64,000 nt of DNA from Truepera sp. Its GTDB lineage: Bacteria; Deinococcota; Deinococci; Deinococcales; Trueperaceae. Made by a program: the position numbers and the translations under genes. The stretch spans positions 3,200,001 to 3,264,000 of the forward strand of contig CBDCKW010000009.1 in NCBI GenBank assembly GCA_965218435.1, in the 5' to 3' direction. This document shows, one piece after another, positions 48,368-57,742 of this stretch; the first letter of the stretch is position 1, and the number at the start of each line of letters is the position of its first letter. The notes beneath the pieces are model-generated. The model was not told where the DNA came from and did no database searches. It saw only the letters and a program-made list of their open reading frames with translations.

Positions 48368-49852
48368 TTAGACGTTGCTGCCGCGTCCGCGACCGGACGG
48401 GTTGTGCTCGAGCGTGGGAATCTCCCCGGTTTCGGCGAGGCTCTTAAAGCGGCGTAGGGTTTTACCGACCAGCGTTTTAGGTACAGCATCAAACAGCTCC
48501 GCGGCAGCCTTGCCAAGTGCGCCACCCGGCGGCCTAAACTCGCTGTGCAGCGTTACCACGGTGCCTCTACCTGCGGGCGCAGGTTCAAACTTGATCCAGC
48601 TCTCGTTAGGCAGTTGGGCTCCCCCGAGTGATCCCCAGCGGATCAGTTCATGGGGGCGCTCTTCGGTGACGCGCGTGTCCCACTCGAGACTTTGACCGAG
48701 CGGTAGGGGCAGTCGCCAGTGGCTGGTGCCGTCGCCACTACCTTCGACCTCAGCTACGGGCCGCAGGACCTGTGAGAGTGTGCCGGGCTCGAGCCAAAGT
48801 TTATAGAGCTCTTCAGCTGAGCGCCCAACCGTCAGCGAACGCTCGACCTCCGGGGCGTCAGGTTTTTGCACGTCTCCGCTCCGGTACTTTTGCGACGTTG
48901 GTTTTTCCCGGTGCTGAGCCCGGTAGACTAGCCATCCCCCAACCCCGGCGAGGAGCAGCCCCGCAATGACAGCGTTAGCTGAACCACGCGGTTTCGGCGG
49001 GACGTACCGCGTCCCGTACAGATCAGCCCTGGCAGGCGCGTCAACATAACGGCCGTGAGTAGGAACGGCAAGTTGTCTAAAGTTGGTGGCTAAACTGTGC
49101 AGGTCTCGGCTTAAGCTCGCACCTTGCAGGGCGGGGCCGTGCCCGGTGATAGTGAGCTTAGGCTCGAGCTCTGCCAGCTCTTTTACTGAGTTTTCTGCTG
49201 CCACCCAGTCAGGGGTGTAGTACCTTGGTGGACCGTGCAGTTCCGGTTTTTGTACCGCCGTGGCGTAAGCCGATTCTGCTTTGGTCGTGACAAAGGCGTC
49301 ACCGGTGATCAGCATCCGGTCCGCTTCACGCCATAACGAGACGTGGCCGGGGCTATGACCGGGCGTATGTAGCCATCGCCAGCCCGCCATACCGGGGACA
49401 CTGCCGTCTTCGGGCAACGCTTTTAACCAGCTGCTTACGTCAATCGGCGCTTTGGGGTAAAGACCCGACATACGGGCCATCAGACCACCGCCAACTGAAG
49501 GGTCGGGGGGCGGATAGGCAGACGCGCCGTTTAGATAGGGGTGCTCGAGCCCGTGCGCGTAAATGGGTACGTCCCAGCCTTCAGCAAGTTCTTGGAGCGC
49601 CCCCACATGGTCAAAGTGGCCGTGCGTCAGGATGATCGCTTTGGGTTTGGCATCTTGACCAAACCTTTCCTCAGCGGCATAGCGAATTGCGCGGGCAGTT
49701 CCGGTCAGACCTGCGTCGATGAGCACCCAGTCGGGCTGCTCGGGCAGACCGTAAAAGACGACGTTGACGACGCCCAGCCGTTTGTACACCAGATCCGGTG
49801 TAAGCTGCTGCGTTTTGCTGTCTTGTCCTGTATCTGGAGCAGGTTGTGACAT
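48368..49852 (-). CDS. MBL-fold metallo-hydrolase fused via a TM segment to an SRPBCC domain
   Basis: THGHFDH, HTPGHSPGH, TGDA; TM segment; VERSLTVGRSAEELY...LRRFKSLAETGEIPT. Confidence 0.85.
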   Translation of the reverse strand: MSQPAPDTGQDSKTQQLTPDLVYKRLGVVNVVFYGLPEQPDWVLIDAGLTGTARAIRYAAEERFGQDAKPKAIILTHGHFDHVGALQELAEGWDVPIYAHGLEHPYLNGASAYPPPDPSVGGGLMARMSGLYPKAPIDVSSWLKALPEDGSVPGMAGWRWLHTPGHSPGHVSLWREADRMLITGDAFVTTKAESAYATAVQKPELHGPPRYYTPDWVAAENSVKELAELEPKLTITGHGPALQGASLSRDLHSLATNFRQLAVPTHGRYVDAPARADLYGTRYVPPKPRGSANAVIAGLLLAGVGGWLVYRAQHREKPTSQKYRSGDVQKPDAPEVERSLTVGRSAEELYKLWLEPGTLSQVLRPVAEVEGSGDGTSHWRLPLPLGQSLEWDTRVTEERPHELIRWGSLGGAQLPNESWIKFEPAPAGRGTVVTLHSEFRPPGGALGKAAAELFDAVPKTLVGKTLRRFKSLAETGEIPTLEHNPSGRGRGSNV

Positions 49853-49864
49853 CTTTTCTCCTAA

Positions 49865-50239
49865 CTAGCGGCGTGCCGCTTGAACGGACGCCGTTCGTGG
49901 CGTGGTCTGAGTCATCAGTGCAGCCGCAACTTCAAACAAACCCAAAATAAGATGGGGCCAGAAAACGTAGCTGCTAAACCCGAAAAGCCATGGCGAAAGG
50001 GCAAGTAGTACGCCACTAGCTGCATCTAAACCAAGGTGCGTCCCCACCGGTATACGCCGGACAACTCCTAGTTCGTAGTTAGTCAGGAGGCTGTAAATCA
50101 AAGCGCCGACGCCAAGGATGACAGGCACCCAGGTTTCAGCACCAACCCGGTTGAAGTTTAGAAGCCAGGGGGCGGCAATAAGAAACGCCCCGACAAGGTA
50201 GTCGAGTACGCCGTGAACACGGGTAGGGATAAACCGCAT
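49865..50239 (-). CDS. SPW-repeat membrane protein
   Basis: HGVLDY, APWL, TNYELG, LSPWLFGF. Confidence 0.85.
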   Translation of the reverse strand: MRFIPTRVHGVLDYLVGAFLIAAPWLLNFNRVGAETWVPVILGVGALIYSLLTNYELGVVRRIPVGTHLGLDAASGVLLALSPWLFGFSSYVFWPHLILGLFEVAAALMTQTTPRTASVQAARR

Positions 50240-50263
50240 AGTTTCCTCTCCGGCTAAAACGCA

Positions 50264-50296
50264 AAAGGGAGCCTCGGCGTACGCTGAGACTCCTTT
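50264..50296 (-). terminator. Hairpin or terminator downstream of Mn catalase
   Basis: AAAGGGAGCCTCGGCG-TA-CGCTGAGACTCCTTT; U-rich tail on the minus strand. Confidence 0.55.
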
Positions 50297-50311
50297 GGCA
50301 CTAGCAGTTTC

Positions 50312-51199
50312 TTACCTGCCCGTAACCTTGTCGGCGAGGCGCTCGAGCATCGGTTTATCATCCTCTCCTTGAACGCCCTGTTCGGTTTGGGCGTAAGCCT
50401 CAGGTATGGCCGGGGCGAGTTGCGGCTCACCGCCGACGGGCTCGGCGACCCGTTGGCTGTATTCGCTTTTACCGTCAAGGGATGGACCTTCCGTCCAGCG
50501 TCCGTGGGTCAGCGGCTGGCCGTCTTTGGCGGTTGATAAAAAGACGTAGTTGTAATCGCTCAGCTCCTCGTCTTGCGGGAACGAGTTGGGAATCGGCAAG
50601 ACGCCTTCGTAGCCACCGAGCTCTTCAATCACCGCCAGCCACTGTTGTTGGTGCATGGTGTCACGCGCCAGCAAGAATGAAAGCATATCTTTCATACCGG
50701 GATCGTCGGTAAAGTTGTAAAGCCGTGCGGCCAGTGCGCGTCCGGTTGCTTCGGCCATCACATTGGCGTACATGTCAGCGGCGAGGTTGCCACTGCCGAC
50801 GAGAAAAGCGCCGGTAAACGGGACGCCGTTACTGTCGGCGGCCATCGCCCCCAACCCCGACGAAAGGTAGTGACGCGGATTCATCCCGCCGAGGACCGCG
50901 GCTACTGCCGGGTTGTCGTTGGCCGCTTGCTCTTGGAGCGCGGCGTCGGCCCCCTCGAGGTTTAAGGCCACCGCCGTCGCCAGCATCTCGATATGCGCGA
51001 GTTCTTCAGTGCCCGTTTCTAGGAGCATATCGCGGTACTTTTTCGGCCCACGCGAGTTCCAAGACTGAAACAGATACTGTAGCGCCACCCGCATCTCGCC
51101 TTCAATGCCGCCGATAGCCTGCTGCAACAGCTTGGCAAAAACCGGATTCGGGGTTGTGACCTCAACTTTATACTGCAACTTGCCGTCGTGATAAAACAT
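50312..51199 (-). CDS. Manganese catalase family protein
   Basis: MFYH, GGIEGEMRVALQYLFQ, TEELAHIEM, NVMAEA, RDTMHQQQW; SD GGGAGG before ATG 51199. Confidence 0.93.
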   Translation of the reverse strand: MFYHDGKLQYKVEVTTPNPVFAKLLQQAIGGIEGEMRVALQYLFQSWNSRGPKKYRDMLLETGTEELAHIEMLATAVALNLEGADAALQEQAANDNPAVAAVLGGMNPRHYLSSGLGAMAADSNGVPFTGAFLVGSGNLAADMYANVMAEATGRALAARLYNFTDDPGMKDMLSFLLARDTMHQQQWLAVIEELGGYEGVLPIPNSFPQDEELSDYNYVFLSTAKDGQPLTHGRWTEGPSLDGKSEYSQRVAEPVGGEPQLAPAIPEAYAQTEQGVQGEDDKPMLERLADKVTGR

Positions 51200-51557
51200 G
51201 CTGCCTCCCCAGGTAACAGTTAGATAACGTTGCGTTTCACTAAGCAAGATAGTTCATCTTTTAGAACGGTATCAGGGTGCACCGCACAGTTTGGTAGAAG
51301 CTCCGGTCGGCTGTTCCAGAACTGGGTTGAGCGTTCGTTAGCAAGCCAGCTGGTTTTGTAGAGGTCGGCGCTACCTAGCTCTTGTCCCCGACTTCTGCCT
51401 AATTCAAATGTAAGAAACGGCCCACTGTAATCAGAGCTAATTACAACGGTAAGGACCAGGCTTAGTTTGATATAAATCTCCTGGCGAACCCTTTTAACCG
51501 TTAGCTGTGCAGGTTTCGCCACGGAGTCGAACTTAAAGGGTACAGGGGGAGGCGGAG

Positions 51558-52061
51558 ATGAAATATCTGGGGAAATTAGGAGTGCTCTTACTAGCACCGG
51601 TCATTGGACTAATCAGCTTTGCGCAGGTTGGTTTTGCACAGGAGACCGATCCGCTCTTCGCAACCGCAGCGGCGCAGAGTGACCTTTACGAAATCACCTC
51701 GTCGAAACTCGCTTTGGAACGCTCAGACAGCCAAGCAGTTCAGGCGTTTGCGCAGAAAATGATTGCTGACCACAGTAAAACGACGGGTGCGCTCAAACCT
51801 ATCGCTAAAGCGATGGGACTGACCCCGCCGAAACAGACGGCAGCAGTTGCGCGGCTCAGCATTGACTACCTGAAAACGCTTCAGGGTGACGCGTTTGATA
51901 CGGCGTACCTCGAGCAGCAAACCGTGTCACACGAAGCTGCCGTCGGTGCGTTTGAAATTGCCTCGAAAACCGCTCAAAACGGCGAACTTAAAGCCTTTGC
52001 ACAAAAGTATCTGCCCGTTATCCAGATGCATTTGAAGATGGCGCAACAGACCCTAAAGTAG
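51558..52061 (+). CDS. DUF4142 family secreted ferritin-like protein
   Basis: Signal peptide; EITSSKLALERS, FAQKMIADH, FDTAY, HLKMAQ. Confidence 0.88.
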   Translation: MKYLGKLGVLLLAPVIGLISFAQVGFAQETDPLFATAAAQSDLYEITSSKLALERSDSQAVQAFAQKMIADHSKTTGALKPIAKAMGLTPPKQTAAVARLSIDYLKTLQGDAFDTAYLEQQTVSHEAAVGAFEIASKTAQNGELKAFAQKYLPVIQMHLKMAQQTLK

Positions 52062-52294
52062 CGACTGTTGGCGTAATGAGTTAGCTAACCTGCGTTCGGG
52101 GTGGCTACCAGCAACGAAGAAGTATCTCCCAAACCAGGAAGCGTAAAGAGCCTGCAGGAGAGATACAGACAGGTCAAAAAAACATTAGCGTAGGCGTCGC
52201 TACAGCAGTCAGGGACGTCAAACGGGTAACTTGTCAGGTGCGAGAGAGAGTTGGTCATGCGTTTTCAGCGTGTAGATTCGCAGAGTACCCCAGG

Positions 52295-53350
52295 GTGATC
52301 TGGTATGTGGTTACTCGTGAGCATTTCAGCACCGTCATTGAATACCTTGCAACTTATGGAGGTGCGTTTGCTGCGCGGCCCCGCGTCTTGTTTTACGATC
52401 AGTTAGCGCGAGCACGGCGGTTACCTAGTGGAACCTACATTTTTTCCGACATCGAGCGCTTGACGCCCGCGATGGCCGAGTGCGCGGCCCACGTATGGCA
52501 GGCTCTTAGCGCAGCCGACACGCAGGTTAGGCTGCTCAACCACCCGACACGTTCGCTGCAGCGATTTGAACTCTTGCGCACGCTTTATAAAGATGGCGTC
52601 AATAGATTTGACGTCTACCAGGTGACCGAGCAGCGCGAGCCCGAACGCTTTCCGGTCTTTATCCGCCGCGAGGAGCACGGTGGTTACGTTTCTCCACTGC
52701 TTACCACGCCCGCCGCACTTGCAGCAGCTATTGATAAGTTGAACCATGATGGACATTCACGAGAGGATAAACTTATCGTCGAGTTTTGCGATACGTCTGA
52801 TGCAAAGGGTATATTCCGTAAATATAGTGCGTTCGTCGTTGGAACACAGATCATTCCCGCTCATATCTTCTTTAGCCCTCACTGGTTGGCCAAGCAGATG
52901 TCAGCCGACAAACACAGTCCGGCTATGCTAGAAGAAGAACGCGTTTATATCTATGAAAATTCGCACGCCGACGCGCTTCTAGCCTATGCACAAAGAGCCC
53001 AGATCGAATTCGGCCGGATCGACTACAGCGTTCTTGACGGCTCGCTGCAAATATGGGAGATTAACACCAACCCACAGTTACCAGTACCCCTTGACCGTTA
53101 TGCGGTGGTGCCCCAGCAGGTGCCCCAATTACACGTTTCAATGCAAAAACTTACTGCTGCTTTGGTCGAAGTGGAACGGCAGGGGCAAGCCAAGGGCAAG
53201 CAGGTCGCTATCTCACCTGAAAAAGACGCTCTGCTGATGTGGGCTAAACGTGGGGTGGGCGTCTTACCGCACCGTTATCAACCAGCAGCCAAACGAGTTG
53301 TAAGGCGTTGGTACCGTGCGGGCGTCGCCTCGTGGCAACGGCGCTTCTAA
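52295..53350 (+). CDS. ATP-grasp-like hypothetical protein
   Basis: FPVFIR, IVEF, FRKYSAFVVG, FGRIDYSVLDGSLQIWEINTNP; start uncertain (52238 or 52295). Confidence 0.65.
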   Translation: MIWYVVTREHFSTVIEYLATYGGAFAARPRVLFYDQLARARRLPSGTYIFSDIERLTPAMAECAAHVWQALSAADTQVRLLNHPTRSLQRFELLRTLYKDGVNRFDVYQVTEQREPERFPVFIRREEHGGYVSPLLTTPAALAAAIDKLNHDGHSREDKLIVEFCDTSDAKGIFRKYSAFVVGTQIIPAHIFFSPHWLAKQMSADKHSPAMLEEERVYIYENSHADALLAYAQRAQIEFGRIDYSVLDGSLQIWEINTNPQLPVPLDRYAVVPQQVPQLHVSMQKLTAALVEVERQGQAKGKQVAISPEKDALLMWAKRGVGVLPHRYQPAAKRVVRRWYRAGVASWQRRF

Positions 53351-53749
53351 TGGCCGCGCTTTAGCAGTTGGCCTTCGGCTGAAAAGCCCTTATCACGGAA
53401 AAGATTTTTGTAACACCGATTGTGGGCTCCATCAAAGGCGCCGGCAACGGGACTTAATGAAGTGTAAATCCGGACTTCGCAGCATCCGTGCTCAATCACT
53501 GCATAAGGGCACGTGCATTTCACACATAGACGTCAGCACTTCAGCAGCTAGGTCGCTGTCAAAATCTGGGCGGCTACTACGGCGTCGTCCTCATCAAGTC
53601 CGTCTCAACTAACGATCCGATAACTCGTCAACCAGCTTGCTGATCCTCCACCCTCACACCTATCGAGCCGCGCTTTCTACTCGTATCGAACCACCAAACC
53701 TGGCTCGAGTGGTTGCCTAACCGCTGATAGAGGCAATTACCAATCGTCT

Positions 53750-54835
53750 TTACCGCCCTTTCGCCCGCCGTGCCCCTTTGATGCGTGTGCGCCTCACTTT
53801 ACTTTCACGCCGCGCCTGCTCGCTCTCACTGGTCCACGCTGCCACCTGCTCGGCTTCCTGGATCAGGCGACAGTAATTGCGGAGGCGTTCGGGATCAAGC
53901 TCGCCTACCTTAACAACAGTTTGCACCGCGCAGCCCGGTTCTTGAGTGTGGGTACAGTCGTGGTATACGCACTCAAGGGCGAGCTCAGTGATGTCGGCGA
54001 AGCCCTCGCTGACGTCGGTTGACCACGCACCGATCTCGTGCAGCCCAGGGTTGTCGATAAGCACGCCACCTCTGGGGAGTACGAACACCTCCCGCCAAGT
54101 TGTGGTGTGCCGCCCTTCATCATCACTAGCGCGCACTGCGCCAGTTGGCGCGACCTCAGTACCCAAGAGGCTATTGATGAGCGTAGACTTGCCTACGCCC
54201 GACGAGCCGATGAGGGCGACCGTCGTTCCTTCACTCAGGTAGGGGGCAAGCTCGCTGAGCGTACTAGCTTCAAGCGCAGTCAGGCTATGGACGGGCACCC
54301 CTGGCGCTACTGCTTCGACCTGGTTTAGGTACCTCGGCACGTCATTGCAGAGGTCAGCTTTGTTCAAAATGACGACCGGCTCCGCACCGCCACTTGTAAC
54401 GGCGGTAAGGTAACGCTCGATGCGCCGGACACTGAAATCCTGGTCGAGCGCGGTCACGATAAAGACGTAGTCGATATTGGCGGCGAGCAGCTGTTCTGTG
54501 GCAGTGGCGCTCGTGGGGTCACGACCGGAGCGGGATACCCGAGAGAGATTGGTTTTGCGCTCGAGCACGTGTTTGAGGACAGCCTTGGAACTACCATCTA
54601 CGGGGGTAACCCCGACCCAATCGCCGACGGTAGGCAGCTGCTGCGGTCCAGCCTGTTCATGACGAAACCGACCCGCTAAGGTGGCCGCTGTCAAACCTTG
54701 CTCGGTCTGTACTCGGAACACTGTCCGTTCCACCCCAACGACCCGACCTAGTACCAAGCCATCGTCGCCAAGAGCGTGAAATTGTCTCTTAAAAGTGTGG
54801 GACCACCCTAGAGCAGCTAAAGTTACTGGTTGCAT
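53750..54835 (-). CDS. rsgA: Ribosome small subunit-dependent GTPase A
   Basis: PTVGDWV, AANID, NKADL, GSSGVGKST, GRHTT, Zn finger CVYHDCTHTQEPGC. Confidence 0.93.
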   Translation of the reverse strand: MQPVTLAALGWSHTFKRQFHALGDDGLVLGRVVGVERTVFRVQTEQGLTAATLAGRFRHEQAGPQQLPTVGDWVGVTPVDGSSKAVLKHVLERKTNLSRVSRSGRDPTSATATEQLLAANIDYVFIVTALDQDFSVRRIERYLTAVTSGGAEPVVILNKADLCNDVPRYLNQVEAVAPGVPVHSLTALEASTLSELAPYLSEGTTVALIGSSGVGKSTLINSLLGTEVAPTGAVRASDDEGRHTTTWREVFVLPRGGVLIDNPGLHEIGAWSTDVSEGFADITELALECVYHDCTHTQEPGCAVQTVVKVGELDPERLRNYCRLIQEAEQVAAWTSESEQARRESKVRRTRIKGARRAKGR

Positions 54836-54920
54836 ATTTTCCACCGTTCGCGTCAAAAAAAGAGTACTTGGCCACAAACGTCATGACAGCATCGTCAGGA
54901 ACGCTTAAGGCTTGTTGTCT

Positions 54921-55968
54921 TAAATCATCTGCGAAATAGCGCCGAAGGAGTCAAAGGACTAAACTAGCAGGATGAAAGCGAGCCGCTTAAAGAGAAAGCC
55001 CAAGCATCTGTATAACTTCACAGGTTTAAGCGTCGAGCAGTTCAAGTTGCTTAGTAAAGCGGTCGAAGTACGCCTTGCCGAACCAAAAGGCACCCAGGGC
55101 AAATTACGTCAACGTGCAGTAGGCGGGGGACGCAAGGCAGAACTAGGGGTAGAGGATCAGGTTTTAGGGGTGCTGCTGTATTACCGTTTGTACCTGACCC
55201 AGCTGCTACTAGGCTACTTATTCAACTTGGATGATAGTAACGTCAGCCGTTTGATCAGCAAACTTCGACCTGTACTACTTGAGGTTCTCCCCTTACCAGC
55301 GCACGAGACAGTTCTTTTTGGTCAAGCTAAAAGAAAGCGTATCGCAAGCCTAGAAGAACTGCTTGAGCAGCATCCTGAGTTCAAGGAAGTCTTGGTTGAT
55401 GCTACCGAGCAAGAAATCCAGAAACCCAAAGACAAGCAAGAACGCAGAGACAAGTATTCAGGTAAGAAAAAGCGACATACGCTCAAGACCCAAATCACTG
55501 CCACCAACACAAAGCTTATCCTTCATGTGACACGTTCTTTACCAGGCAAATTCAGCGACGTCAACGTCCTTAGAGGTACCGGGGTGTTACGAGCTTTACC
55601 TACGGCTACCGAGGTCCGAGTGGACAAAGGATATGACGGTATTGATAAGGATTTTCCCCATAGAACCTTCCATCAGCCCAGCAAAGCTAGAAGAAACAAA
55701 CCCCTGGACTTCATCCAGAAATGCCTCAACAAAGTTCAAAACAGCCTGCGTTTTCCTGTCGAGCACACACTGGCTCACTTGAAACGCTTTAAGCTCTTAG
55801 CGGGTATCTACCGAGGCCCAAAAGCTGTTTATGATGACACTTTCTTAGCTATCGCGGGGCTTCATAACTTCAGAAAGTTAGATGCTCTGGCTTGGTAAGC
55901 CGACTTAAACCCTTTCTCTAAGCCTAGCTACTTTATTCTGATCGTGTACTTATTTCGCAGATGATTTA
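54921..55968 (+). mobile_element. IS5-family insertion sequence (ISL2-like group), about 1.05 kb
   Basis: Perfect 18-bp inverted repeats TAAATCATCTGCGAAATA (54921-54938) and TATTTCGCAGATGATTTA (55951-55968); the outer TA may be the target duplication. Confidence 0.9.
54972..55898 (+). CDS. Transposase (HTH_Tnp_4 + DDE_Tnp_4 type)
   Basis: TGLSVEQF, GGGRK, VDATE, YSGKKKRHTLK, DKGY, RFPVEHTLAHLKRF. Confidence 0.92.
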   Translation: MKASRLKRKPKHLYNFTGLSVEQFKLLSKAVEVRLAEPKGTQGKLRQRAVGGGRKAELGVEDQVLGVLLYYRLYLTQLLLGYLFNLDDSNVSRLISKLRPVLLEVLPLPAHETVLFGQAKRKRIASLEELLEQHPEFKEVLVDATEQEIQKPKDKQERRDKYSGKKKRHTLKTQITATNTKLILHVTRSLPGKFSDVNVLRGTGVLRALPTATEVRVDKGYDGIDKDFPHRTFHQPSKARRNKPLDFIQKCLNKVQNSLRFPVEHTLAHLKRFKLLAGIYRGPKAVYDDTFLAIAGLHNFRKLDALAW

Positions 55969-55990
55969 TTAGTTAAGGAAGGCTCGTGAT

Positions 55991-56077
55991 TTAGCGAAGA
56001 GCGGCATAACGGACGGGGCTACCCAGGAACATGACGCTCCGGCTGGTCCGAGCACGGGGCAGATAAACTTGGTTCAC
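55991..56077 (-). CDS. Putative 28-aa leader peptide/uORF (MNQVYLPRARTSRSVMFLGSPVRYAALR)
   Basis: SD AAGGAGGTG (56094-56086) 8 nt before GTG 56077; stop TAA at 55993-55991. Confidence 0.6.
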   Translation of the reverse strand: MNQVYLPRARTSRSVMFLGSPVRYAALR

Positions 56078-56117
56078 AGGGTTGACACCTCCTTCGTCGT
56101 GTTGAATCTGCACTGAC

Positions 56118-56126
56118 ACTATAGCA
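56118..56126 (-). promoter_or_regulatory. Extended -10 promoter element TGCTATAGT
   Basis: TGnTATAGT about 25 nt upstream of the strong SD of the uORF. Confidence 0.55.
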
Positions 56127-56480
56127 GCTCACGTACATCTGCGCGACAGGTAGGCGCTCGTGAGGCCAATGGGTATGGCGTGCGGCGTCACGCCGATATT
56201 CGAGCGCAAGTAGCTAAGCGCTCATCCAGGATGAACCGTTCACTTAAATAAGTTGGGCTTGCACCTGGAGTTTTACAACTCGTCTTGAGCGCAGACAAAT
56301 TGTGCGGCGTATCGGCCCGTTAGATGCATAGCCGAGGCACAAACATCATTAGCAACGGTTTTGGGGCGCGCTCTTCGCGGGATACAAAGCGGGCGTAGAC
56401 TTCCCGGTGTTCCGCCACTACCGGGCGTTAGCTGAGCGCTACCCCGACGCCAAAGGTGGTCGTCAGCCGCTTTCATAACG

Positions 56481-56504
56481 AAAAGCCCCGCGTTACGGCG
56501 GGGC
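56481..56504 (-). terminator. Rho-independent terminator
   Basis: GCCCCGC-loop-GCGGGGC followed by TTTT on the minus strand, just after the lipoprotein stop. Confidence 0.75.
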
Positions 56505-56524
56505 CTCGGTCAAGTCATGAAGGC

Positions 56525-57481
56525 TTAGTCGATGACTTCGATGACCTCTTGCGCCTCTTCGATCAGGTCGGCGGCGGCGAGAGCTTTGATCTTCTTGCCG
56601 CGGTGGCCGCGCACCTCTTTGGCGAACGCCTTGAGTTCCTTGATCGCATCCTTGGCCTTGTTGCAGGCGATAGCGGCGGCGGCCTTATCGAGCTTAGCCG
56701 TGAGCGGCTTGCTGACCGCCTTCGGGAGCTTGAGGGCGTTGACCTTTTGGGTCATCTCGGGGACGAGGTTCTTGAGCAGCTTGACCTCGAGCGCTACGTC
56801 GTCAACCGACAACCCGGCGACGCTCTCGGCCCCGACCGACACGCGGAAAGAAACGGTGTGCGCACCGCCATCGGCAAAGTCGGACACGTCGAACTTGACC
56901 TTCTCGTAGCCCTCGGTGAAGCTCTCGTCGGCGCTTTCATCCTCGTCGTCGAAGCTGGCGGCGGAGAACTGGCGGGATTTGTCGCCCAGTTCATCTTCGT
57001 CCTCGACGTCATCCTGGTCATCTGTAACGGGCTTACTGACCGCGATATAACTGAACATCACCTGGCCGTCAACCAGCGCTTCAAGAAGAGCATCGCCTAA
57101 CGCCTCGTCGTACAGGCGGAACTCGAGGCGAGCCTGGCCTTTGGGGATAGTCACGGTCTGCGATAGCGTTTCGGTCGCCCCTGCGGACGCGCCGAACTGC
57201 GCCCAACCCAAACCCTTATGCGGCTCGCCGACCGGGCACGAGGTCACGCAGAGGACGCTCAGCGGGTCGGCGGTCCAAGCTTTCGCGCCCGGCTCGAAGC
57301 CGCCGTCTTTTAGGATATTGACGGGTTTGCCGTGGCCTTTGGCTTCTTGTTTGGTGGAGGTTAGTCCTGGGCCGGTCGGAGCAGCGTCCATGCTGCCGCA
57401 GGCGGTCAGGGACAGAAGGGCAGCCGGTAGGACGGCCAAACGGAGATGACGGTTGAAAAAGGATGCACGACGAGGAGCCAT
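56525..57481 (-). CDS. Lipoprotein with beta-sandwich (CBM-like) domain and FIMAH-like helical C-terminus
   Basis: Lipobox LTAC; NILKDGGFE...TLSQTVTIP...VDDVAL; LTAKLDKA...LKAFAKEV...GKKI. Confidence 0.7.
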   Translation of the reverse strand: MAPRRASFFNRHLRLAVLPAALLSLTACGSMDAAPTGPGLTSTKQEAKGHGKPVNILKDGGFEPGAKAWTADPLSVLCVTSCPVGEPHKGLGWAQFGASAGATETLSQTVTIPKGQARLEFRLYDEALGDALLEALVDGQVMFSYIAVSKPVTDDQDDVEDEDELGDKSRQFSAASFDDEDESADESFTEGYEKVKFDVSDFADGGAHTVSFRVSVGAESVAGLSVDDVALEVKLLKNLVPEMTQKVNALKLPKAVSKPLTAKLDKAAAAIACNKAKDAIKELKAFAKEVRGHRGKKIKALAAADLIEEAQEVIEVID

Positions 57482-57742
57482 AGGGGTAGAGCCTTTCGGG
57501 GTGATGTAAAGTCTTACTCCTTTTAGTCTAGGCACCAACTCTTACGGAAAACTTACAGCTCCTTGGGGTGAGCCACTGCGCCGTGTTCAGTCTGCACGCC
57601 AAGGGCAATTGTGTAACGCTACGCCGTGTGTGCGCGCGAGTACTACATACCGACTGAGCGTCCGCTTCTTGCAAGTCTAAATGAAATGAACAGCTTAGTT
57701 TTACGGGGATTAAAGGCGTAACCTGAGATTAGGAGGCAACTT

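Noticed and set aside
56456..57100. 214-aa plus-strand ORF, and the many other antisense ORFs in the track
   Set aside because: Shadow ORFs opposite well-supported genes, expected in GC-rich DNA.
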